From an uncultured Planctomycetaceae bacterium (GTDB lineage Bacteria > Planctomycetota > Planctomycetia > Pirellulales > UBA1268): a stretch of DNA of 48,412 nt. A program made the position numbers and the translations under genes. The notes beneath the pieces are model-generated. The model had not been told where the DNA came from and ran no database searches. It worked only from the letters and a program-made list of their open reading frames with translations. How positions within the stretch are numbered: the first letter of the stretch is position 1; the number at the start of each line of letters is the position of its first letter. Shown in pieces: positions 9,737 through 16,861 of the stretch. The stretch spans positions 1 through 48,412 of the forward strand of contig CAIRDU010000526.1 of NCBI GenBank assembly GCA_903877395.1. Direction: 5' to 3'.

Positions 9737-9965
9737 CTGAGCCGTACAGAAAATCTGGTGACAAAAAGGGTATGCATCACTTTTTTAACCCACTGAACGG
9801 ACTCAGCTGAACGAACGTCGGCGGGGATGCTCGACATACGGCATTTGCCTTTGAGGGGTCTGCTGGCCGTACAATCAAACTCCGCAATTGTCTTGTGCTG
9901 CGGGAAGCCAGTCGCTTGTCAGCAGGTAAGAGTTCAGGGTTGATCCAGGAGTACGGGTAGACGTC

Positions 9966-11180
9966 ATGGCACGATGCCTCATTGGATGCGGCTCGAATCA
10001 GGGAAGTCGCCGCGAGCAGCTCGATCAGGCGATCGAGCTAGTACGATACATGCCGGGCGTGGAACTCTTAGCCACAAGCCGCCTCCGAGAAACGCGGCCC
10101 ATTGGCGGACCACCGGGGCAGCAGTCGTTCCTGAATAGTGCCTGCCTGATCGAGACCGATCTGCCACCGCACGATGTACTGGACATGCTGGCGGCAGTCG
10201 AAAACACGCTTCACCGTGAGCGGGGCGACCGATGGGGACCTCGCACAATGGACCTCGATCTTTTGCTCTACGACAATCTCGTGCTTGACAGCGATTCGCT
10301 CACACTGCCTCATCCCCGAATGACCACCCGCCGGTTCGTGCTGGAACCCTGCGTGGAAATCGCGCCTCATCTCGAACACCCTTTGGCAGGCTGCACGCTG
10401 CAGGCATTACTCGACAATATCTCGCAACCTCACCTCCATGTATCGGTAGTGGGTGTGCCGGGTAGCGGTGCGCCGGAGGTGGCAGCAGCGATTGCCGATG
10501 CCACGCTAGCTCGGTTGATGCATGCACCTGGCCCTGTGCCGCCGCAGGTATTTGGTGGGATCGGAAACCCAGCCGTGGCGGTGAAGTCCGCTACAAAAAA
10601 CAGAAAAACAAAAACCGTGGCCAGCACATCAGCCATCGCGGAATGCGATGACCAGAGCCTCGACTCTGACGACGGCTGGCCGGAGAACGAATGGCGTCGA
10701 ACCTTGGTCGCCTATGCGCAACCGCTCCATGCGGATGTGTGGCCAGTGGATCCGCACGGCACCGTCACTGACTACTGGCTGGAGACGCTTCAGTTGGCCG
10801 CCGGGGACATTCTGTCCCCATCGATGCGAGTGCGGTTTGACAACGACTTTTTGCAGATCGCATCGGGTACCATGGTGCCGCATGTCGTGATTCTGCTCGT
10901 GGTCACTCCCGAGGTGCTCTTGGAGCGGATCGCCTTCCGCGCGGGGCAGTCCGGGCCGCACACCGATTATTTCTCCGACCTCCTTCCGGCTGGTGCGGTG
11001 GCAGGCGTGTCGTCGGCTGACACAGTAACGTCCCTCATGCGACTGCAAAGCCGCCTCCTCTCCAGACTGCGTCAGCCCGGGCAAAGCATTGGGCATCCCA
11101 AGGCGGCCGTCGTACTGGATGCCAGTGATCTTGGGCAAGCCACGCTAGATGCGGTCGCTGCCGTTGAGGCGCTGGCGTGA
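9966..11180 (+). CDS. folK: HPPK (2-amino-4-hydroxy-6-hydroxymethyldihydropteridine diphosphokinase) fused to a C-terminal deoxynucleoside-kinase-like domain
   Basis: The N-terminal ~160 aa carry RPIGGPPGQQSFLNSACLIET, RWGPRTMDLDLLLYD and LTLPHPRMTTRRFVLEP. The C-terminal ~240 aa carry VVGVPGSGAPEV (P-loop-like without Lys), PHVVILLVVTPEVLLERIAFR and AAVVLDASD, reminiscent of the dNK fold. Confidence 0.8.
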   Translation: MARCLIGCGSNQGSRREQLDQAIELVRYMPGVELLATSRLRETRPIGGPPGQQSFLNSACLIETDLPPHDVLDMLAAVENTLHRERGDRWGPRTMDLDLLLYDNLVLDSDSLTLPHPRMTTRRFVLEPCVEIAPHLEHPLAGCTLQALLDNISQPHLHVSVVGVPGSGAPEVAAAIADATLARLMHAPGPVPPQVFGGIGNPAVAVKSATKNRKTKTVASTSAIAECDDQSLDSDDGWPENEWRRTLVAYAQPLHADVWPVDPHGTVTDYWLETLQLAAGDILSPSMRVRFDNDFLQIASGTMVPHVVILLVVTPEVLLERIAFRAGQSGPHTDYFSDLLPAGAVAGVSSADTVTSLMRLQSRLLSRLRQPGQSIGHPKAAVVLDASDLGQATLDAVAAVEALA

Positions 11181-12040
11181 TGCTGGAAATTGAACGGGAT
11201 CCCAAGCGGATGAGGGCGTGGGTTCTTGCAGCACAAGCCGCTGGCAGGCGAGTGGGTTTTGTGCCCACGATGGGAAGCCTGCATGCCGGCCACGCGAGCC
11301 TCGTGGATTGTGCTGCTCACGAGTGCGACGACGTGGCCGTTTCGATCTTCGTCAATCCAACGCAGTTTGGTCCGCACGAAGATTTTGAACGCTACCCTCG
11401 TTCGCTCGACGCTGATTGCAGGCTCATGGAGGCCCACGGAGTGGGGAAGGTGTTTGCTCCCGAGGCTTCTGTGATCTATCCGCCGGGGGATGCGACTCGG
11501 ATCGTTGTGTGCGGACCCGCTAGACGCTTTGAAGGGGAGGTGCGTCCGGGCCACTTTGAAGGGGTGGCCACGGTCGTCTGCCGACTGTTTCTGTCCGTGC
11601 CGGCAGACGTGGCCTATTTCGGCGCAAAGGATTGGCAGCAGACGTTGGTTGTGAAACGGATGGTGTGCGACTTGGGGCTGCCTATTGATCTGGTAGTGTG
11701 CCCAACCCTTCGGGAGCCGGACGGCCTAGCGATGAGTTCTCGCAACGCCTACCTCTCTCCCGAAGAGCGGGCCCGTGCGCTGGCTCTCTTTGAAAGCCTT
11801 ACTCGCGCCGAACAACTCTGGCTGGCCGGAGACGCTGCCAGCGGAATCGAGCAGGCGATGCGGGATGTGCTGACAGCCCGTGGGATCACCGTCGACTATG
11901 CGGCCGTTGTAGATCCGTTGACACTTGAACCGCTGTCGCTCAAAGATCCGCATGGACCCAAAGAAAAGGCCGTGGCCCTTGTGGCCGGTCGAGTGGGGGC
12001 CACGCGGCTCATCGACAATCGGGAACTGCCGCCGCGATGA
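11177..12040 (+). CDS. panC: Pantoate--beta-alanine ligase
   Basis: Motifs FVPTMGSLHAGHASLV and VSIFVNPTQFGPHEDFERYPR are present. There is a 4-nt GTGATG overlap with the folK stop. Confidence 0.95.
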   Translation: MMLEIERDPKRMRAWVLAAQAAGRRVGFVPTMGSLHAGHASLVDCAAHECDDVAVSIFVNPTQFGPHEDFERYPRSLDADCRLMEAHGVGKVFAPEASVIYPPGDATRIVVCGPARRFEGEVRPGHFEGVATVVCRLFLSVPADVAYFGAKDWQQTLVVKRMVCDLGLPIDLVVCPTLREPDGLAMSSRNAYLSPEERARALALFESLTRAEQLWLAGDAASGIEQAMRDVLTARGITVDYAAVVDPLTLEPLSLKDPHGPKEKAVALVAGRVGATRLIDNRELPPR

Positions 12041-12086
12041 TGGGCATCCCTGAACGCTTTTTCCAACAGAGGACTACAATCCGGCG

Positions 12087-13271
12087 ATGCTCTCCACGCT
12101 CTTTCATATTCCCTCTCGCATTGGTGCCGATGGCGAACTACCGCTCTTCGGCTGGGGCTTGTTACTGGCCGTGTGGGCGGTGGCAGGCATCGCGGGATTG
12201 GTGGTGGTGGCGTTACGGCATGGCTGGCCAGAGGCGGCCAGATCGCTGGGGGTGCCGCTGGCGATCGCTGGCGCCATGATCCTCTGGCTTCTGCCGGCAC
12301 TTGATGATGGGCAGGGGGTGCCTGTGCGAGGGTACGGCATGATGCTGCTGCTGGCTGCGGCTGCAGGAACGTGGCTCTCGATTGTACGCGGCCGTCTCAT
12401 GGGCTTCGATGCCGACACAATCCTGGCGTTGGGCATGGAAGTTTTTCTGTGGGGGATCGTCGGCGCACGGCTCTTCTACGTTCTGGAATACCACGAGCAG
12501 TTTTTTCGGCCCGGGCAAAGTCTCTTTGCATCGCTTCAATCCGTGCTCAATCTCGCAGCAGGCGGGCTCGTCGTCTTTGGCTCGCTACCGACTGCGGCGT
12601 TGGCCGCGTGGCATTTTGCGCATCGGCGACGGCTTTCGCTCTCGCGTTTGGCTGACTGTATTGCGCCCGGACTGCTCCTAGGCCTCGCGATTGGCCGCGT
12701 GGGATGCTTTCTCAATGGCTGCTGCTACGGCGGCCCATGCGATCTGCCGTGGGCCGTGCAATTTCCTCCAGAGAGTCCGCCGTGGCTGGATCAGGCAACG
12801 CATGGACTGCTGCCGATGGCTGCAACTGGAGTTTCTGCTGGCATCGCTGAGTCTGTGGCGATCACAGCCAAGCCGTGGAGCCTGCCGGTGCATCCGGTGC
12901 AGATCTATGCCGCGATCGATGCGGCTGTTCTGTCGCTCCTGGCTGTTTGCTTCACGCCGCTGGCCCGTCGTAACGGTGAGGTATTTGCGATGGTGCTCAC
13001 GCTCCATCCGCTCTCGCGACTGCTCCTAGAAATGATCCGCGTTGACGAACCGCCTGCGCTTGGCACTGTGCTCTCGATCTCACAGCTGGTTTCGCTTGTG
13101 CTGCTCGCGTTGGCAGCGTGCTTGTGGTGGTGGCTTTCGTGGCAGCCGCTTCGGCCGCGACAAGGCCTCGCAGTCGGAAATGGCAGCCGGCCTTTGACGG
13201 TCTCCAGCCGGGCGGAGACATTGACAGGGCACCGCCGGCATGACCAGACAGAATCGGGCGGAATAAAGTGA
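12087..13271 (+). CDS. lgt: Prolipoprotein diacylglyceryl transferase (long form)
   Basis: Motifs GRVGCFLNGCCYG, HPVQIYAA and PLFGWGLLLA are present, and the protein is polytopic. At 394 aa it has an internal insert and a C-terminal tail relative to typical ~270-aa Lgt. Confidence 0.85.
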   Translation: MLSTLFHIPSRIGADGELPLFGWGLLLAVWAVAGIAGLVVVALRHGWPEAARSLGVPLAIAGAMILWLLPALDDGQGVPVRGYGMMLLLAAAAGTWLSIVRGRLMGFDADTILALGMEVFLWGIVGARLFYVLEYHEQFFRPGQSLFASLQSVLNLAAGGLVVFGSLPTAALAAWHFAHRRRLSLSRLADCIAPGLLLGLAIGRVGCFLNGCCYGGPCDLPWAVQFPPESPPWLDQATHGLLPMAATGVSAGIAESVAITAKPWSLPVHPVQIYAAIDAAVLSLLAVCFTPLARRNGEVFAMVLTLHPLSRLLLEMIRVDEPPALGTVLSISQLVSLVLLALAACLWWWLSWQPLRPRQGLAVGNGSRPLTVSSRAETLTGHRRHDQTESGGIK

Positions 13272-13922
13272 ATGGTGAACGATGAGATCTCCAGTGACGA
13301 AAAATCGAGCGGAACTTTTGAGGGCTTGAGGGCGTCCAACGTGCACATGCTTTCTGACGAAACGACGATCACGGCCTCTAGCCACGGCGGCAACACCATT
13401 GATCACGACCTCGTGAATCAGTCGGTTGCCGGCAGTCAAGCCGCGTTTGTCACTCTCGTCAAAAGGCATCAACAACGGATTCATTCGCTTTTGGAGCGGC
13501 TCTGTGGCTGCCCGGAAACGGCGAGGGATTTGGCGCAGGAGACGTTTCTGTCCGCGTTTCGTCATCTCCATACTTTTGAACAACGGAGCGAGTTTTCCAC
13601 ATGGCTCTACCGCATCGCCTGCAACCATGCCGCGAGTGCCAATCGCCGTCGGCGGCCGCACGCATTGCCAGTGGCCGTTGCATCGCCAATCGCCGCAGGC
13701 ACCAGTGTGTCAGCCAGAATGGAGCAGGCAGAACTCAAGCAACGCTTGGCTGCAGCGCTCGACCAACTCGACGAGGGGCAGCGGCAGGCCGTTGTGCTCT
13801 GCGACATGCAGGGTGCAACGTACGAGGAGATTGCCGAGACACTCGACATCCCAGTGGGCACCGTTCGCAGCCGCCTGCACCGCGGTCGGATGCAATTGCG
13901 TCAGCTGGTAAAAAATCTTTGA
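13272..13922 (+). CDS. ECF-type RNA polymerase sigma factor
   Basis: Region 2 is DLAQETFLSAFRHLHTFE..STWLYRIACN. Region 4 is QRQAVVLCDMQGATYEEIAETLDIPVGTVRSRLHRGR. The ATG directly abuts the lgt stop (TGAATG). The N-terminal ~50 aa may not be translated. Confidence 0.9.
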   Translation: MVNDEISSDEKSSGTFEGLRASNVHMLSDETTITASSHGGNTIDHDLVNQSVAGSQAAFVTLVKRHQQRIHSLLERLCGCPETARDLAQETFLSAFRHLHTFEQRSEFSTWLYRIACNHAASANRRRRPHALPVAVASPIAAGTSVSARMEQAELKQRLAAALDQLDEGQRQAVVLCDMQGATYEEIAETLDIPVGTVRSRLHRGRMQLRQLVKNL

Positions 13923-13938
13923 AATACACGTAATCATC

Positions 13939-15231
13939 ATGGCATACTTCAACGGCACAACTCCAACCTCAACGATCACGCCAGACGATCCTCGCCTGAG
14001 TGAATGGATCGACGGCAGGCTGTCTGAGGCCGAGGCGGCGGAGGTAGAGCGAACAGTGCGTGCCTCGCCAGACTTGACCCAGATCGTGGATGATCTGCGG
14101 GCCATTCGAAGTGCGCTCGGCCAGCTTGAATCGCAACAGCCTGCTGCTGGTTTTGCGCAGTCGGTGCTCAACTCGCTCAATGCAGCTGGCAACACGGGGC
14201 CAGGAGCGGCGAGCAACGCAGGCGATCCCGAAGTGAAAGCTGAATGGCAGCGGATTGAAACGCAGCGGATTGCTGAGGAACGGGCCGAAGCAAAAGAGGA
14301 TAGCCAGACTCCCGAAGTGGCTGGCCAACCACTCCGGCCGCTGCGGATGTGGCAGACTGCGGCCATGGCCGGTGCGTTGGCCGCGGGCGTGCTGGTGACG
14401 CTGGTGTTGAATCGCCCTCGCGTCGAGAAAGAGGGCCGTGAAACAGCAATGGTGTCGCCGCCGCTGGGGGCCACGAGTTCTTTGAATCGGGATGCGGCTG
14501 AGAAGAGTGCCCGCCGGGGACTCGCAGAGCATGGCGCGATTGAGGATGCCAATGGACGGTCTATTGTGTTAATCACTGCGGCCGATGCACCGCCGACGGG
14601 CCTGCGTGTGAGGGTGCGCTTGCGAGATGAGCAAGGCCGTCAGCGGTTGGAAGAATTGCTGGCTGCCAGCCACGTGCGCATTCAGACGGATGAATTTGCG
14701 CAAGCAAAGTCTGATCGCAAGAGAGAAAGCGACGAAATCATCGGCGGCAGTGGCACGCCAGCAGCCATAGATGCCTTGCTTGCGGCGCTCTCAGAACCCT
14801 CCGACAGCCTTGTGCTTGAAGCGGTGCCGTCCGAGTCTGCTGCCGCCGACGCCGATACGCTGCGCCAATCCGCAGGGGAAAAAAAGTCCTTAGAAAAACG
14901 GGCTGACTTCCCAGCAATGGATGCAGCAATGGCTAAGGCAGCTGATCCGAGTGGTGGCTTACCCCCTGCTCCTGCTGAGGCTGTGCCACAGGCACAACGT
15001 GTGGCTGCAGGCAGTGCAGCAGATCGGGTTGTTGATTCTGAAAGACCATCTGCGAATGCAGTTCAAAGAGAATCTGCAGATAAGAGAACGTTACGGGCCG
15101 AGAGTGAGATGACAATCCGCAGCGAGGACTCAAAAGCTCAAGTGAAGAATGCGGGTGTGATTTTGTGGATCCAGATCATCGACGAAACGGGTGTTGGGGC
15201 CGCTAGCCAGAACGCCACAAGCGGCCAATGA
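13939..15231 (+). CDS. Putative anti-sigma factor (single-pass membrane protein)
   Basis: It lies immediately downstream of the ECF sigma gene. The N-terminus DDPRLSEWIDGRLSEAEAAEVERTVRASPDL is typical of anti-sigma N-domains, with no HxxxCxxC. One TM helix is present (AAMAGALAAGVLVTLVL). The C-terminal part is Ala/Glu-rich and low-complexity. Confidence 0.65.
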   Translation: MAYFNGTTPTSTITPDDPRLSEWIDGRLSEAEAAEVERTVRASPDLTQIVDDLRAIRSALGQLESQQPAAGFAQSVLNSLNAAGNTGPGAASNAGDPEVKAEWQRIETQRIAEERAEAKEDSQTPEVAGQPLRPLRMWQTAAMAGALAAGVLVTLVLNRPRVEKEGRETAMVSPPLGATSSLNRDAAEKSARRGLAEHGAIEDANGRSIVLITAADAPPTGLRVRVRLRDEQGRQRLEELLAASHVRIQTDEFAQAKSDRKRESDEIIGGSGTPAAIDALLAALSEPSDSLVLEAVPSESAAADADTLRQSAGEKKSLEKRADFPAMDAAMAKAADPSGGLPPAPAEAVPQAQRVAAGSAADRVVDSERPSANAVQRESADKRTLRAESEMTIRSEDSKAQVKNAGVILWIQIIDETGVGAASQNATSGQ

Positions 15232-15512
15232 ATCAGAACGATCCCACCACTCCGACTCAGATTCCAACTCCTAGCATGGCTGACATCCCAACCAGAGCAG
15301 TCACGATCCGTTGCCGAGAAAACGGCCCTCTGGTTGTGGAAATTCCGCCAGAAACTGCCGCCGTGGGCGTTTTCCTGCGAGTTACGGACCCCGCGGGTCA
15401 CGAGTATGTGCTGCCAACCCACAAGCGAGCCGTGGCTCTATGTCGATGTGGGCAGACAAAAACCCGTCCTTTTTGCGATGGTTCACACCAGGCCTGCGGT
15501 TTTCAGGGCTGA
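15228..15512 (+). CDS. CDGSH iron-sulfur domain-containing protein
   Basis: CRCGQTKTRPFCDGSH matches C-x-C-x2-(S/T)-x3-P-x-C-D-G-(S/A/T)-H exactly. There is an ATGA overlap with the anti-sigma stop. Confidence 0.85.
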   Translation: MNQNDPTTPTQIPTPSMADIPTRAVTIRCRENGPLVVEIPPETAAVGVFLRVTDPAGHEYVLPTHKRAVALCRCGQTKTRPFCDGSHQACGFQG

Positions 15513-15730
15513 GCAAATGACGTTCTTCCCGTTTCGTAATCCATCCCGGATTCATCAGAGTTTGCGTCACGCGCGGCGTCTGATTCCAGACATCATTATT
15601 GCACGCCTAGGACTGCCACCTGTGAGAAAAAGCCCCTGGGGAATCGCAAAGCCACCAGCAAGACTGCCCGCGTGAATGCCACCTGCCTCTGCAATTCCTG
15701 CGGCGAAGCCCACATTGAAAGCCAGTAGAA

Positions 15731-16165
15731 ATGAATGTGCTTCCACTCAGCATGAACCATCTCTATCGCGGCTCCGTGGCCAGCGCGTGGTTCCTCGGGC
15801 TTTACGGTCTGCTCGAATTCGCTCCCGGCTGCCTTCACTTCTTTCTATCTGAGGGTGGTGCCGAGGTGATTGCCGGACTGGATCTCACGCAGAATAGGCA
15901 CGCAATAATTTGTGTATTTGCATGGATGGGGTCGCTGCAAATTTCCTATGGACTGGGCATTCTCTCTGTGGCCCTCTGGTACCGCCCGCTGGTGCCGTTG
16001 TTTCTCTCGCTGGGATTGATTGAGAGAACGCTGATGTCGCTGGCCGCGTGGATCACGAAGCCCGGTTCGACTGGCCATCATCCGCCAGGGCACTATGCAA
16101 GCCTCATAGCCATTCCCATATTGGCTGTGTTTCTTGTCCTTGCGGTCACCGAATCCAAGAAATAA
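15731..16165 (+). CDS. Hypothetical membrane protein (about 4 TM helices)
   Basis: 144-aa ORF with four hydrophobic stretches (AWFLGLYGLLEF.., AIICVFAWMGSLQISYGLGILSVALWY, LVPLFLSLGLI.., LIAIPILAVFLVLAV). No motif recognised. Confidence 0.5.
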   Translation: MNVLPLSMNHLYRGSVASAWFLGLYGLLEFAPGCLHFFLSEGGAEVIAGLDLTQNRHAIICVFAWMGSLQISYGLGILSVALWYRPLVPLFLSLGLIERTLMSLAAWITKPGSTGHHPPGHYASLIAIPILAVFLVLAVTESKK

Positions 16166-16189
16166 ATCCGGTGTTTATTTGGTCGCAAC

Positions 16190-16245
16190 TGACCTGCCCC
16201 CCTTCAACGAGACCAATTCCAGTGAAAGAATCTGGGGGCAGGGCA
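16190..16245 (+). mobile_element. 56-bp miniature IS3-end derivative (left-end repeat copy B juxtaposed with a right-end-like inverted terminus)
   Basis: The element is TGACCTGCCCCC-TTCAACGAGACCAATTCCAGTGAAAGAATCT-GGGGGCAGGGCA. The first 45 nt match copy A at 3683. The last 12 nt are the inverted complement of the first 12 with one mismatch. Confidence 0.55.
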
Positions 16246-16634
16246 TGATCGCAAGTTGACGTTCGATGCTGCGTGCCTTTGGAACTGGTAATAAAGGAAC
16301 CTTTGCACTGTTCCAAACGGAGTCACGTCTTCTTCATATTCTTGTCCAACGAATGAGAATGCGCCGTCGAACTGTGCTCGCAATTCCTGCAGGCTGTATC
16401 GCAGAATCTCGGCCACGGGTGCCCAATTCCGACTGCCGGCAAGGCGAACGCAATCTGATCCTCAGGAAACTGCGCCTTCCCCGTTGAAAATTCGCTTACA
16501 GCCCCTGTCGTGACAACGTCGCCTGACGATTTGCAAAAGTCTCCGTTATTTGAGCCGGTTGCATCCGTTTCACGGTCCGATTGAACGGAATACAGAAACA
16601 CTGCGTTCGGCAGAAAGTGTTCCGTGCACAACAC
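16204..16634 (-). pseudogene. Frameshifted ORF fragments of unknown family next to the miniature element
   Basis: Two minus-strand ORFs (16323..16634 and 16204..16416) overlap by about 90 nt in adjacent frames and could be joined by a single frameshift somewhere in that overlap (..EDQIAFALPAVGIG in one frame, NWAPVAEILRYSLQELRAQFDGAFSF.. in the other). The downstream stop lies inside the repeat. No family recognised. Confidence 0.3.
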
Positions 16635-16861
16635 TTACGACATGCCAAGCGTCTAAAAAATGGATTTTTAAGGGGGCGACCGATCTGGACTGTCCAGCCA
16701 ATTCCCTGTACGGTTGATTGGCTCGCACCATGAGAACCATCAGAAACATCAGAACAGACGAAAACAATTGCTTTGTGGCGGGCAGCCGGATATCTCCTGA
16801 AACAACGCAATCTTGCCTCAGGACAGCGTTCGGCTCCGCAGACATCAGGTATCGCTGAATA

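Noticed and set aside
9600-9760. Motifs reminiscent of RNase P RNA: GAGGGAGCGAAAGTCGG resembles GGAGGAAAGTCCGG, and ATGAAT..ACAGAAAATC resembles AGAUGAAUGA..ACAGAACCCGG
   Set aside because: The two motifs are only about 125 nt apart, against about 300 nt in RNase P RNA. They cannot pair as a P4 helix. This is most likely chance similarity.
13710-14576. 288-aa minus-strand ORF
   Set aside because: It is antisense to the anti-sigma gene and the sigma 3' end. The Ala/Ser/Arg-rich composition is typical of shadow ORFs in GC-rich DNA.
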